Part shown: one piece after another, positions 7,661 through 18,995 of the stretch
How the letters are laid out: every line of letters starts with the position of its first letter
Numbering within the stretch: position 1 is the stretch's first letter
NCBI GenBank assembly: GCA_016218805.1
Contig: JACRCW010000169.1
Span: 103,269 to 167,268, forward strand
Origin: Deltaproteobacteria bacterium
GTDB lineage: Bacteria > Myxococcota > JACRCW01
Reading direction: 5' to 3'
DNA: 64,000 bases
Translations under genes and position numbers: made by a program
The notes under the pieces: generated by a model
Seen by the model: the letters and a program-made list of their open reading frames with translations, nothing else
Told to the model about the DNA's origin: nothing
The model's database searches: none

Positions 7661-9465
7661 CAGTCGAACCTGTCGTCGCCGTAGAATCCGTCAAGGATGG
7701 ACTTGTACTTCTGCGCGCAGTGCTTCCGCTTCACCTTCAGACTCGCCGTCAGCTCGTCACCCACGGTGAAGTCCTTCTCCAGGACCGCAAACTTCTTGAG
7801 CGTCTCGTAGCTGGGCAGCGTGCGGTTGAAGTCATCCAGCAGCGCCTGCACGTGCGCGGTGACCTTGGGATTCCGGGCCAGCTCCGCGGAGGACGTGGCG
7901 GTGATGCCCTGGTCCCGCGCCCACTTCAGCGCGTTCTCGTCATTGAGCGTGAGCAGCACGGACAGGTACTTGCGCTTGTCACCAAACACGATGGCCTGGC
8001 TGAGGAACGGGTTGGTCTTCAGCGCGTTCTCCAGGTTCTGCGGCGCCACGTTCTTCCCGCCCGCCGTGACAATGATGTCCTTCTTGCGGTCCGTGATGCG
8101 CACAAACCCGTCCCGGTCCATCTCGCCGATGTCGCCTGAGTGGAACCAGCCCTCGTCGTCAATGGCCTCACGCGTGGCCTCCGGCTTGTTCCAGTACCCT
8201 TTCATGACGCCGCGGCCGCGGATGAGAATCTCGCCGTCCAGCGCAATCTTCACCTCGGTGCCGGGCACCACCGGTCCCACCGTCCCAATGCGGATGTTGT
8301 CCGGGCGGTTCACGCACGTCGCCGCCATCGTCTCGGTGAGGCCGTAGCCCTCGCAGATCTTCACGCCGGCGTGGCTGAAGAAGTGTGCGATCTTGCGTGA
8401 CAGCGGCGCCCCGCCGGACACCATGAACCGCAGGCGCCCGCCAAAGATCTCCGTCACGCGCGCGTTCACCTTGCGGAACACCAGCGCCTGCGCCGCCGTC
8501 CACCGCAGGCCGCCGTAGGGCATCCCGCGGTCATGGGCCAGCCCGCACTGTTCGCTCTCCTCCAACGCCATACGGAACAGCCGCGCCTTGAGCCCGCCCG
8601 CCTCCAACCCACCGGTCACCACGCGCGAATACACGCGCTCAAAGATGCGCGGCACCGCACACATCATCGTCGGGCGGACCTCGCCCAGGTTGGCCACGAG
8701 CTTGTCGATGCTCTCAGCCACCGCCATGATGAAGCCCATCTGCAGCCACGCCACCTCAATGACCTTGGCGAACACGTGCGCCATCGGCAGGAACAGCAGC
8801 TGCACGTCGTCGTAGGTCATCAGCTTGGTGGCGTCGACGGCCTCCGCTTCGTACAGGCAGTTGTCGTGCGTGACCATCACGCCCTTGGGCCGGCCCGTGG
8901 TTCCGGAGGTGTAAATGAGGCAGACCAGGTCATCGCGCGTGAGCGCTGACGGCGCGGCATCCACCGCGGCGCGGTGCGCGGCCAGGTGGGCCTCGCCGCG
9001 CTTGAGGAAGTCCTCCCACGTGCACACCCAGTCGCCGTCGTCGGCGCGCGGCGACCCGTCCAGCAGCACCACGCGGCGGATGGCCGGGATGCCCGCGCGC
9101 ACCTTGCGCAGCTTCTCCAGCTGCACCTCGTCCTCGGCAAACAGCAGCACGCTGCCGGAGTCCTGGATGATGTACTCCACCTCGTCAGCCAGGTTGCTCT
9201 GGTAGATGGGCACGCACGTGGCGCCGGCGCCCAGGATGCCCAGGTCCGCCGCCAGCCACTCCCAGCGCGTGTTGGCCAGGATGTTCACGCGGTCCTGGTA
9301 GCGGATGCCCTCCGCCAGCAGCGCCGCACTCACCTTGATGACCACGGAGTTCAGCCCGCCCCAGGTGATGTCCCGCCACGCGCCGTCACGCTTGTGGCGG
9401 AGCGCCGGGGCATCCGGGCGGTTGCGCACGTGGTGTTGAAACAGCTCGAAGATCGAACCGGGCAT
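7660..9465 (-). CDS. fadD: Long-chain fatty acid--CoA ligase (AMP-dependent synthetase)
   Basis: IYTSGTTGRPKGV; EGYGLTET; GWFHSGDIG; ITDRKKDIIVTAGGKNVAP; LKVKR. Confidence 0.93.
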   Translation of the reverse strand: MPGSIFELFQHHVRNRPDAPALRHKRDGAWRDITWGGLNSVVIKVSAALLAEGIRYQDRVNILANTRWEWLAADLGILGAGATCVPIYQSNLADEVEYIIQDSGSVLLFAEDEVQLEKLRKVRAGIPAIRRVVLLDGSPRADDGDWVCTWEDFLKRGEAHLAAHRAAVDAAPSALTRDDLVCLIYTSGTTGRPKGVMVTHDNCLYEAEAVDATKLMTYDDVQLLFLPMAHVFAKVIEVAWLQMGFIMAVAESIDKLVANLGEVRPTMMCAVPRIFERVYSRVVTGGLEAGGLKARLFRMALEESEQCGLAHDRGMPYGGLRWTAAQALVFRKVNARVTEIFGGRLRFMVSGGAPLSRKIAHFFSHAGVKICEGYGLTETMAATCVNRPDNIRIGTVGPVVPGTEVKIALDGEILIRGRGVMKGYWNKPEATREAIDDEGWFHSGDIGEMDRDGFVRITDRKKDIIVTAGGKNVAPQNLENALKTNPFLSQAIVFGDKRKYLSVLLTLNDENALKWARDQGITATSSAELARNPKVTAHVQALLDDFNRTLPSYETLKKFAVLEKDFTVGDELTASLKVKRKHCAQKYKSILDGFYGDDRFD

Positions 9466-9544
9466 CCGTCAGCCTCCGGCGCCCCGGGGCGAGGCGGAAC
9501 GGCAGGCGTAGCGGCGTCCACGACGGGGTGTCAAAGGGCGGTCC

Positions 9545-10483
9545 TCACATCACCTTCAGCAATGCCTTCACGACGAGCGCGCCGGATTTCAACGTCGCCG
9601 GGTCATGCGCTCCCAGCACCAGCAGCTGCTCCAGCAGCTCCGCCACCTCACGCGCCGCCGCGGCCAGGATCTGCCCGCGCCGCGGCTCCTCGCCGGGCGC
9701 TGCGTACTCGTAGGCAAACATGGGCGGCAGGGAGAACTTGGTCTGCTTGATGGTGAGCTCGCGGTCCGCCCCGTCAGCCAGGAGCACCGTCCCCTTGGTG
9801 GGATTCACCGACCGCACCGAGAGCGTAGCGCCGTCAAGCCCGGGCGCGATGATGGCCAGCTGGCCCGACGGTGCCAGGTCCGCCGCGGTGGTGGGCTTCA
9901 TGGGCGGCGCGGCCGCGCCCTTCTGCTGCGCAAAACCCTTCCACGCCTGGGACGGCGCGTTGCCAAACGCCTGCTTCTCCTGTCCCGCGCGGAACGCCTT
10001 CTGCTCCGCCGTGGACACAAACCCCGCGGGCAGTTCCACCTCGCACGCGGCCGCCATGACGCGGACCACGTCACGGCACGCTGCCACGTGCGGCGCGAGC
10101 TTGGGTTCCGACGCAGCGCGGTCCACCGCGGCAGCCAGCGGCAGCACCAGTTCCTTGCCCGCCTGCAGCGTCAGGGGAACGGACACCGGCTTCTGCCGTC
10201 CCACCGGCATGGCAATGAGAAACGTGGCGGGCCCGGTCTGCTGCAGCCACAGCGCCGCGTTCTTGCGGTCCCGCAGCTCCATGATCTTGTCCACGCCCCG
10301 CGCGTCTGACAGCACCAGCGACTTCACCTCCAGGCCGGGTGCCACCGACGCCAGCGGCCCACCGGACGGCAGTGTGGCGGCGCGGGCCGTCTCCGGGGCC
10401 GTGTCCCGGCGTACCGCCCCCATGCCCACGCGGATGGCCTGGGGCGGCCGTGGTGGCGGCGAACGCGGATCCTGCGGTGGCAT
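9545..10483 (-). CDS. Hypothetical protein (312 aa)
   Basis: Long ORF with host-like codon bias filling the gap. No motif recognised. Confidence 0.6.
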   Translation of the reverse strand: MPPQDPRSPPPRPPQAIRVGMGAVRRDTAPETARAATLPSGGPLASVAPGLEVKSLVLSDARGVDKIMELRDRKNAALWLQQTGPATFLIAMPVGRQKPVSVPLTLQAGKELVLPLAAAVDRAASEPKLAPHVAACRDVVRVMAAACEVELPAGFVSTAEQKAFRAGQEKQAFGNAPSQAWKGFAQQKGAAAPPMKPTTAADLAPSGQLAIIAPGLDGATLSVRSVNPTKGTVLLADGADRELTIKQTKFSLPPMFAYEYAAPGEEPRRGQILAAAAREVAELLEQLLVLGAHDPATLKSGALVVKALLKVM

Positions 10484-10528
10484 GACGTCACGGTGGCATG
10501 GGCTCCCCGTTGTGGCAATTGGGGGCCC

Positions 10529-12205
10529 ATGCGCTCCGCCCCCGCCCTGCTGCTGGTTGCCGCCGTTTCCGGCTGCCCCGCCCCGCCCGCTGACGATGAC
10601 GATTCCTCCTCCGACGCCGGTACCGCCGCATCCTCCGGCCCGTCGGCGGCGGGCGCGTCCAGCTCCTCCCGCGGCATGGCGTCCTCCGTCGTGTGGACGG
10701 GCTCGGGCACCACCAGCCGGCAGAACTCCTCGTCGGCCCGCGCATCATCGGCGCAGCCCTCGTCCACGGCGTCACCGGTCTCTGCGTCGTCTACGTCAGC
10801 CGCCCCATCGTCGTCGTCTGCGGCGGCGCTCACGTCGTCGTCTTCGGCCGGCACGTCTGGCCCACCAGGAACCTGCGCGCCACGGACCGCGGCCGCGGAC
10901 GTGGATCCCTGGACGGTGCGCGCGCCGGGCGTGGGCTCCGCCGGGATCACCACGTCGTCAGCGGGTGGACACAATGATGTCCTGCTGATGTCCCCGGACG
11001 ACTACATCCGCCTGGGCGTGCGGCTGGACTGGGGTGGCAGCGTGGTGTTCTTTGGCCTCACCGCCAATACGGGGTCCAACGTCATTGACGCCAATGACAC
11101 CGGCCGCGAGCTCCAACTGGCCCTCTACGATCCGACGCGCGCCAAGCAGCAGTGCGCACGCGATGCGAGCTGCCTGGTGTCACCGTCGACGTGCGCGGAG
11201 GGCATCACCTACCTGGGATGGGATCCCGTGCAGGGCGGCGATGAGTGCAACCACGGCTCCACGTCCACCTATGAGCACGTGGGTGACACGCTGCGCGTGG
11301 TGGTCCACCCGCTGCAGTGGAATCCCGATTGGGACGCGCCGGATTGCCGGCAGTCCGCATGCGGCGCCGCCGGCGTCCCGGTGGCGGTGACCTACACGCT
11401 GGACTTCCGGTTCGTGACCACGCACGTCGTGGAAGTAGCCATGGAGATCCACTCGGACGAAGCCCTGGACCACCCCTCCACCGCGCAGGAGTTCCCCACG
11501 CTGTACGTGTCCAACGGTGCCGCGGGCCCGGATCTTCCGTTGCTGCTGGACGCCTCCGGCACGGAGGTGAACATCAACCAGCAGGTGCTGCCCAGCCTGT
11601 TTGTGCTGGACTTCGCGTCCACGGCGCCGTGGGTGGCCTTCCAGGACCCGGGGCGCACCTACGGCGTGGGTTTGGCGGCGGACCAGGGGCTCACCGGGTT
11701 CCAGGGCTGGCGTGGCGACGGGGCCAGCTACCCGTACTTCCACAACGTGCGTCCTTCCATCCAGTTTGGACTGGGTGCGGGCGCCACCGTGCGCGGCATT
11801 GCGTACCTGGCACTGGGCAACTTCCCCACGGTCAGCGGACAGATCGCCGCGGCCACCGGAGCGCGTCCACCGTTTGGTCACGTGGATGCGCCGGCTGAGG
11901 GCGCCACCACGACGTACGCGCCGGGTTCACCGGTCACCGTCACCGGTTGGGTGCTGGACGGCACGCCGCAGGGCGCGGTGGAGGTGCAGGTGGATGGCAG
12001 CAGCGCCGGGATGATCACCGTGAACGCCGCGCGGCCTGACGTGTGCGCCGTGTATCCCGCGTACGCGGGCTGTCCCGCGGTGGGGTTTGCGGGCACGGTG
12101 TCCACGTCGGGTTGGGCCGCGTGCAGCCACCTGTTGCAGGTGGTGGCCACGGACGCGGACGGCAACCGCACCGTGCTGGGCGAGCGGAACCTGCAGCCGC
12201 AGTGA
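10529..12205 (+). CDS. Secreted lipoprotein: Ser-rich linker, beta-rich (carbohydrate-binding-like) domain, C-terminal Ig-like domain
   Basis: AVSGC lipobox; poly-Ser linker; PFGHVDAP...VTGWVLD...RPDV...GF...HLLQVVATDADGN Ig-like pattern. Confidence 0.7.
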   Translation: MRSAPALLLVAAVSGCPAPPADDDDSSSDAGTAASSGPSAAGASSSSRGMASSVVWTGSGTTSRQNSSSARASSAQPSSTASPVSASSTSAAPSSSSAAALTSSSSAGTSGPPGTCAPRTAAADVDPWTVRAPGVGSAGITTSSAGGHNDVLLMSPDDYIRLGVRLDWGGSVVFFGLTANTGSNVIDANDTGRELQLALYDPTRAKQQCARDASCLVSPSTCAEGITYLGWDPVQGGDECNHGSTSTYEHVGDTLRVVVHPLQWNPDWDAPDCRQSACGAAGVPVAVTYTLDFRFVTTHVVEVAMEIHSDEALDHPSTAQEFPTLYVSNGAAGPDLPLLLDASGTEVNINQQVLPSLFVLDFASTAPWVAFQDPGRTYGVGLAADQGLTGFQGWRGDGASYPYFHNVRPSIQFGLGAGATVRGIAYLALGNFPTVSGQIAAATGARPPFGHVDAPAEGATTTYAPGSPVTVTGWVLDGTPQGAVEVQVDGSSAGMITVNAARPDVCAVYPAYAGCPAVGFAGTVSTSGWAACSHLLQVVATDADGNRTVLGERNLQPQ

Positions 12206-12208
12206 GCT

Positions 12209-12634
12209 TCACCCGCCGTCGGCGGTGCCCGCATCCGGCGGGCTGCAGCTGAACACCGGCGCCGCGGGGGACACCTCCAGGTCACGGTCAAACTGGCTGT
12301 TGTCCAGGAACATCATGTGCCAGGTCCCCGTGGCCAACCCGGAGCTGCTGCACGGAATCTCAAACACCCCGCACGAACAATCACCGCATGCCGCCGGACC
12401 CAGCAGGCTCACCTCCAGGAGGTCCGTGCTGGCGCGCACCACGCACGCATAGTCGCCCTGGCCACCACTGCACCCGCCCGTCACCGTGAACGTGAACGGT
12501 GCATCCGCTCGCGTCACGACGGGCGCACACACCGCGCGCAGCACCTGCACGGCGTTGCCGCCGCCCGCTGGCGGCGCACAGGCTCCGGCCGCACCCAGGC
12601 ACCCCGCCAACAACCACCGCGCAATTCTGCGCAT
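12209..12634 (-). CDS. Cys-rich lipoprotein (141 aa)
   Basis: AAGAC lipobox; several Cys; C-terminal PDAGTADGG. Confidence 0.65.
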   Translation of the reverse strand: MRRIARWLLAGCLGAAGACAPPAGGGNAVQVLRAVCAPVVTRADAPFTFTVTGGCSGGQGDYACVVRASTDLLEVSLLGPAACGDCSCGVFEIPCSSSGLATGTWHMMFLDNSQFDRDLEVSPAAPVFSCSPPDAGTADGG

Positions 12635-12732
12635 TGCACCGCCTCCCGCCTTGACCGGACACCCGCGCGCAACCTAGCGAAGGAGCCGTTTCTTGTCGCC
12701 TCGCCCGACGACGGGCGCGGGAGTGCCAACCG

Positions 12733-14499
12733 ATGGAAGAGAACCTCAGGGCGGAACGTCTCCGGAAGATGGAGGACCTCCGCAAGGCCGGGCTGGACCC
12801 GTACACCAATGACTTCCGCCCGACGATGACGGCGGCGGAGGCGCAGCGCGCGCGGTTTGCGGCGGACGAGGACACGCTAAAGGGGGCCATTGCCGCGGGC
12901 AGGGAGGACATCCAGCTGGTGACCGGGCGCGTGATGACCATCCGGGATTCCGGCAAGGCGGTGTTTGTCACCATCCAGGACCGCACCACGACGCTGCAGC
13001 TGTACCTGAAGGTGGACTACGTCGGGGAACAGGGCCTGGAGTTCTTCAAGAAGCACGTGGACCTGGGTGACATCATTGGCGCCATGGGCGCGCTGTTCCA
13101 GACGCGCGTGCAGGCCCGCAATGAGAAGGATGGCAAGGGCCACGAGGTCACGCTGCTGGTGGGCGCCACCAAGCTGCAGGCGGTGGGCGGGGACGCGCCG
13201 CGCATGCCGTCCTCACTGCGCGTGTTGACCAAGGCGCTGCACCCGCTCCCTGACAAGTGGCACGGTCTGGCGGACGTGGAGCAGCGCTACCGGCAGCGGC
13301 ACGTGGACCTGATTGTGTCCCCGGAGGCGCGCATGAAGCTGCGCCGCCGCGCCCGGGTGATCCAGTCCATCCGCGCGTTCCTGGACGGGCGCGAGTTCCT
13401 GGAGGTGGAGACCCCCGTGCTGCAGGACACGGCGGGCGGCGCCACCGCGCGGCCGTTCCGCACGCACTTCAATGCGCTCAGCCAGGACATGGTGCTGCGC
13501 ATTGCCACGGAGCTGCACCTCAAGCGGCTCGTCGTGGGCGGGCTGGAGCGGGTGTACGAAATTGGCCGCATCTTCCGGAACGAGGGCGTGTCCCGCAAGC
13601 ACAACCCGGAGTTCACCTCCATTGAGCTGTACCAGGCGTACGCCACCTACCGGGACCTCATGGAGCTGACGGAAGAGATGCTCCACAAGATTGCCGTGGA
13701 CGTCACGGGTTCCGCGGTGGTGAAGTACGCGGGCAAGGACGTGGACTTCACGCCGCCTTACCGCAAGGTGGCGCTTGGAGACCTGGTGGGGACGCACCTG
13801 GGCGCGGGTGATCAGTCCGAGATTGACAGCGTGGTGAAGGGACTGGAGCTGGCGCTGGGGCACGTGGTGTCCGACGTGGAGCCGCTGCGCCTGGTGCAGA
13901 AGGTGCTGAGCAACGACGAGTACACCGCGGCGCTCAAGGAGCTGGGCGGCGCGGTGGACGCCGGCAGCGAGATGGACTTCTCCCGCGCGACCTGGGAGCG
14001 GCACAAGGCGGACCCCAAGGCGTTCTACGCCAGGCTCGGGAAGCTCATTGACGCGAGCCTGCCGCGGGAGCGGCGGCGGGACCTGGCGCTGTACCTGCTG
14101 TTTGCGGTGTTTGAGCACGAGATTGAGCACACGCTGTGGAACCCGACGTTCGTGGTGGAATACCCCATCAGCGCGTCCCCGCTGGCGCGGCGGCGGGACG
14201 GGGACCCGGCGATTGTGGACCGGTTTGAGCTGTTCAGCGCGGGCATGGAAGTGGCCAACGCGTTCAGCGAGCTGACCGACCCGGTGGACCAGCGCGGGCG
14301 CTTTGAGGCGCAGGCGCGCATGAAGGCGCTGGGTGACGAGGAGGCGCAGGCGGTGGACGAGGAGTTCCTGGCCGCGCTGGAGGTGGGCATGCCGCCCACG
14401 GCGGGCGAAGGCCTGGGCATTGACCGGCTGGTGATGTTGATGACGGACTCCGCAACCATCCGGGAAGTGATTGCCTTTCCCCAGTTGAGGCGTGCGTGA
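12733..14499 (+). CDS. lysS: Lysine--tRNA ligase, class II
   Basis: OB fold; LPDKWHGL..EQRYRQR; FLEVETP; GGATARPF; LRIATELHLKRL; FRNEG..KHNPEFT; DRFELF; GMPPTAGEGLGIDRLVM. Confidence 0.98.
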   Translation: MEENLRAERLRKMEDLRKAGLDPYTNDFRPTMTAAEAQRARFAADEDTLKGAIAAGREDIQLVTGRVMTIRDSGKAVFVTIQDRTTTLQLYLKVDYVGEQGLEFFKKHVDLGDIIGAMGALFQTRVQARNEKDGKGHEVTLLVGATKLQAVGGDAPRMPSSLRVLTKALHPLPDKWHGLADVEQRYRQRHVDLIVSPEARMKLRRRARVIQSIRAFLDGREFLEVETPVLQDTAGGATARPFRTHFNALSQDMVLRIATELHLKRLVVGGLERVYEIGRIFRNEGVSRKHNPEFTSIELYQAYATYRDLMELTEEMLHKIAVDVTGSAVVKYAGKDVDFTPPYRKVALGDLVGTHLGAGDQSEIDSVVKGLELALGHVVSDVEPLRLVQKVLSNDEYTAALKELGGAVDAGSEMDFSRATWERHKADPKAFYARLGKLIDASLPRERRRDLALYLLFAVFEHEIEHTLWNPTFVVEYPISASPLARRRDGDPAIVDRFELFSAGMEVANAFSELTDPVDQRGRFEAQARMKALGDEEAQAVDEEFLAALEVGMPPTAGEGLGIDRLVMLMTDSATIREVIAFPQLRRA

Positions 14500-14543
14500 G
14501 CGCACCGGGAGAACTCCCGGCGCGCCCGCGCGTTTGAGGCCAC

Positions 14544-16571
14544 GTGGAGAAGTCCCTGCTCCTGTCCACGCCGGACCCGCTGTACGTGCTGGTCCCGGCG
14601 GGGCTGTGCGTGGCGCTGTGGTTGCTGTGGTGGATCCCGCTGGTGTGGCGCGCCCGCACGGCCGCGGACCGCACCGGCTGGCCGGCCATTCTCTGGGGCA
14701 TCCTGGGCCCGCTGGGTCTGCTGGCGGCGGGCAAACCCGCGCCGGGCTCCGCCCTCCCCTCGCGCTTTCCGCACTTCCATCCCGTGTCCTGGGCGCTGGG
14801 CTCCGCGCTGGTGGTGGCCTCCGCGGCGGGCGTGGCGCTGTTTGGTCCCACGGTGCTGGGCGCCGGTGGCGAGTCGTTGCACACGCCCATCGCCGTGGGG
14901 CTGGCGCTCTCCGGCCTGCTGGCGGGCCTGGTTGTGTCGCTGGCGGGCGGGCGCGTGGGGTTCTTTGAGAACGTGGGCATTGTGTGGACGTGGTGCGCGG
15001 CGCTGGCCGTCACCGGCCACCGGCTGGACGCGCTGTTCACGTTTGGCACCACCGCGGTGTTTCTGCTGACCATTGCGCTCACCAGCGTGCTCATCCTGTT
15101 CATTGCGCTGCTGCTGGGCGCGTCGCTGGGGTTTCTGGCGTGGGGTGACGGTGCGCTGGGCCTGAGCTTCTCCTACGAGGCCTCCATTGGTGCGCGCTAC
15201 CTGATGGCCAAGCGCCGCCGCAGCTTCATCTCCGTCATCACGTTCATCTCCGTGGCGGGCGTGACGGTGGGCGTGTGGGCCATGCTGGTGGTGCTGTCCG
15301 TGATGAGCGGCTTTGAAGCGGACCTCAAGTCCAAGATCCTGGGTGCCAACGCGCATCTCATTGTGCAGAAGAGCGGCGGGGAGTTCTTTGAGTGGGAAGA
15401 GGCGCTGCGCAAGGCGCGGCTGGTGGAACACGTCACCGGCGCCAGCGCGTTTGTGTTCAATGAGGTCATGATTTCGTCAGACAGCAACCTCTCCGGTGCG
15501 CTCATCAAGGGCGTGGACGTGGCCAGCCTGGGGGACGTGAGTGACATTGCCAAGAGCGTGGTGCAGGGCTCATTCCAGGGCCTGGCGGACCCGGGCACCA
15601 TCCCGGACGAGAACACCACGCCGGTGGAGCCGGACGAGGAGAAGGCGGTGCCGACCGGGGGCGCACTGACCACGCCGGAGGCGGGCAAGCCGCGCCCCAT
15701 GCCGACGGAGAAGACCGGTGGCACCGGCGCGCTGCCGGCGTTTGGCATCACCGCGCCGCCGGTGCTCAAGGGTGCGGTGCTGCCGGGGATTGTCATTGGG
15801 CAGGAGCTGGCGCGCACGCTGCGCGTGTTCATTGGTGACCGCATCACGGTGGTGAGCCCGGTGGCGGAGCTGGGACCCACCGGACCCGTCCCGCGCGCGC
15901 GCACCTTCCGCATTGCCGCGGTGTTCTATTCCGGGATGTACGAATACGACGCGAAGTTTGTCTACATTGCGCTCAAGGAGGCGCAGGCATTCTTCTCCAC
16001 CAACGGGGGCGTGACCGGACTGGAGGTGCGCGTGGATGACGTGGACGCCACCACGCGCATTGGCCGTGAAGTGGTGGAGAAGATGGGCGGCTTCCCGTTC
16101 CGCACGCGTGACTGGAAGGACATGAACCGCAACCTGTTTGCCGCCCTCAAGCTGGAGAAGATCGCGATGTTCATCATCCTCGCGTTCATCATCCTGGTGG
16201 CCAGCTTCAACATCCTGTCCACGCTCATCATGGTGGTGCTGGAGAAGGGCAAGGAGATTGCCATCCTCAAGAGCATGGGGGCCACGGATGCGTCGGTGAT
16301 GAAGATCTTTGTCACCTACGGGCTGACCATTGGCTCGTTTGGCACCGCTCTGGGCGTGGCGCTGGGCTACGTGAGCTGCCGGGTGATTGAGACGTTTGGC
16401 ATTGGGCTGGACCCCGAGGTCTACTACATCACCAACCTGCCGGTGCGGATGAACCCGGTGGAATTCCTGCTGGTGGCCGTTGCTGCCATTGTCATCAGCC
16501 ACCTTGCCACCGTGTATCCCGCGCTGCAGGCCGCGCGGCTGCGGCCCGTGGACGGGCTGCGCTACGAGTGA
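14544..16571 (+). CDS. Lipoprotein-releasing ABC permease LolC/E/F family with a long multi-TM N-terminal extension
   Basis: IGARYL...[30 protein letters not shown]; LFAALKLEK; [10 protein letters not shown]; [18 protein letters not shown]. Sits between lysS and lolD. Confidence 0.92.
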   Translation: MEKSLLLSTPDPLYVLVPAGLCVALWLLWWIPLVWRARTAADRTGWPAILWGILGPLGLLAAGKPAPGSALPSRFPHFHPVSWALGSALVVASAAGVALFGPTVLGAGGESLHTPIAVGLALSGLLAGLVVSLAGGRVGFFENVGIVWTWCAALAVTGHRLDALFTFGTTAVFLLTIALTSVLILFIALLLGASLGFLAWGDGALGLSFSYEASIGARYLMAKRRRSFISVITFISVAGVTVGVWAMLVVLSVMSGFEADLKSKILGANAHLIVQKSGGEFFEWEEALRKARLVEHVTGASAFVFNEVMISSDSNLSGALIKGVDVASLGDVSDIAKSVVQGSFQGLADPGTIPDENTTPVEPDEEKAVPTGGALTTPEAGKPRPMPTEKTGGTGALPAFGITAPPVLKGAVLPGIVIGQELARTLRVFIGDRITVVSPVAELGPTGPVPRARTFRIAAVFYSGMYEYDAKFVYIALKEAQAFFSTNGGVTGLEVRVDDVDATTRIGREVVEKMGGFPFRTRDWKDMNRNLFAALKLEKIAMFIILAFIILVASFNILSTLIMVVLEKGKEIAILKSMGATDASVMKIFVTYGLTIGSFGTALGVALGYVSCRVIETFGIGLDPEVYYITNLPVRMNPVEFLLVAVAAIVISHLATVYPALQAARLRPVDGLRYE

Positions 16572-16575
16572 ACCC

Positions 16576-17282
<707 letters not shown>

Positions 17283-17286
<4 letters not shown>

Positions 17287-18995
17287 CCGCGCGCACCATC
17301 CAGGAGATCTTTGGCCGCTACGTGCTGATGGAGCAGTTGGACACCGGCAGCGTGGAGAGTTGCCTGGCCGCGCGGCTGGACGGCGCCGGCCCGGACGTCC
17401 CGCTGGTCATCCGCCGCGTGCCGCTGTGGGTGCCCAACCGCCCGCACCCGGTGGCCGCGCTGGACCTGGAGGCGCGGTGGCGGTCCCTCGCCACGCAACA
17501 GAGCCTGCCGCTCATGCTGGACGCGGGCCACGTGGGAGAGGTGCCGTACCTGGCCTACCGCTACGTGCCCGGCGTGACGCTGCAGCACGTGGTGGACCGC
17601 GGCCTGGAGGACCCGGCCGCGCGCCTGCCCGCGCCGCTGGCGGCCATGATCGCCGTGTGCATGTGCAACGCGCTGACGGCCATGGAAGGCGCGCGCGAGG
17701 GCTCCATGGCCACCGCGTACGTGCACCCCGACCGCATCATCCTGCCGTGGGACGGCGTACCCGTGTTCCTGGGCCCCGCGTACCACGCCATGGTGGTGCG
17801 CTCCGGCGTGTTTGGCGTGTGCAACGCGCTGTACCGCGCGGTCACCGGCTGCGCGGAGCTGCGTGACGGCAGCGTCATCCCGGACCTGTCCCGTGAGACC
17901 GCCATGCCCGTCCCCATGGGCGAAGTGTTCCGCGCCGTGTTCCGCCGCCAGATCACGGAGGAGCACATTGGCCGGTTTGCCGCCACCATGGAGGCGCTGA
18001 TGCTGGCCGAGTCCGACGCGGCCACGCCGGACGCGCTGGCCGCGTTTGTGGTGCACCACTTCCCGCGCGCGCGCGAACAGTGGGAGACGCGCGCCGCCGC
18101 ACACCAACGGCTGGTCCGCCGCCTGCGCGCCAAGGGCCCCGCCGGTCCGCGCAACCGCGACCACCTGGCGCAGGTGGTGTCCCTGCGCGTGCGCCGTCCC
18201 ACGCCGCTGCCGGAACCCGCGCTGTCTGACGCGGATATTGAGGCCATGGCGGACGCGTTCACCGACGGCACCACGCAGGAGACCGAGGTCAGCGTGCTGC
18301 TGGACCTGCCGGTGAGCATCCCCCAGGCGGACACCAGCCGCCCGTCCTGGCGCGGGCACGTGGTGCAGTCCCGCGATGGGCGCGACATGGTGTGCGTGCA
18401 CGGCGGCACCTTCAAATACGGACCGGAAGGCCGCGCCGTGCACGTGGCCGAGTTCTTCATGGACCGCTATCCCGTCACCTGCGGTGATTACGCGGCATTC
18501 TGCACCGCTACCGGCCATCCGCCTCCCGCCAGCTGGCCCGGACAGCGCGTGCCACCGGAGCGCGCAACGCACCCGGTGGTGGACGTCAGCCATGATGACG
18601 CCCTGGCGTACGCGCACTGGGCCGGCAAGCGGCTGCCGTTTGAGGAGGAATGGGAGAAGGCCGCGCGCGGCACGCGCGGCTGGCTGTGGCCGCACGGTGA
18701 GCACTTTGATCCCGAACATTGCAGCGGGCAGTGGCGCCGGGCGTTTCGCGAGCGCACCACCGAGCCGGTGGGCCTGCACTCGCCCGCGGGGGACAGTCCG
18801 TACGGTATTGCGGACATTGGCTGCGCCTGGGAGTGGACCGCCACCGCGGCACAGGAGTCCGGCGCATTCATTGTGCGCGGTGGCGCATGGCGCAACCGGC
18901 AGCAGCCGCCGCAGGTGATCAACCGCTCGTGGGAGACGGGCCACTCGCGTGACGTGGGATTCCGCTGCGCCGCGTTCCGCCGCGAAATGGCCTGA
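17283..18995 (+). CDS. Pseudokinase (degenerate Ser/Thr kinase) fused to an FGE-sulfatase/SUMF1 domain
   Basis: [16 protein letters not shown]-lobe; no HRD or DFG; C-terminal [59 protein letters not shown] overlap with lolD. Confidence 0.85.
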
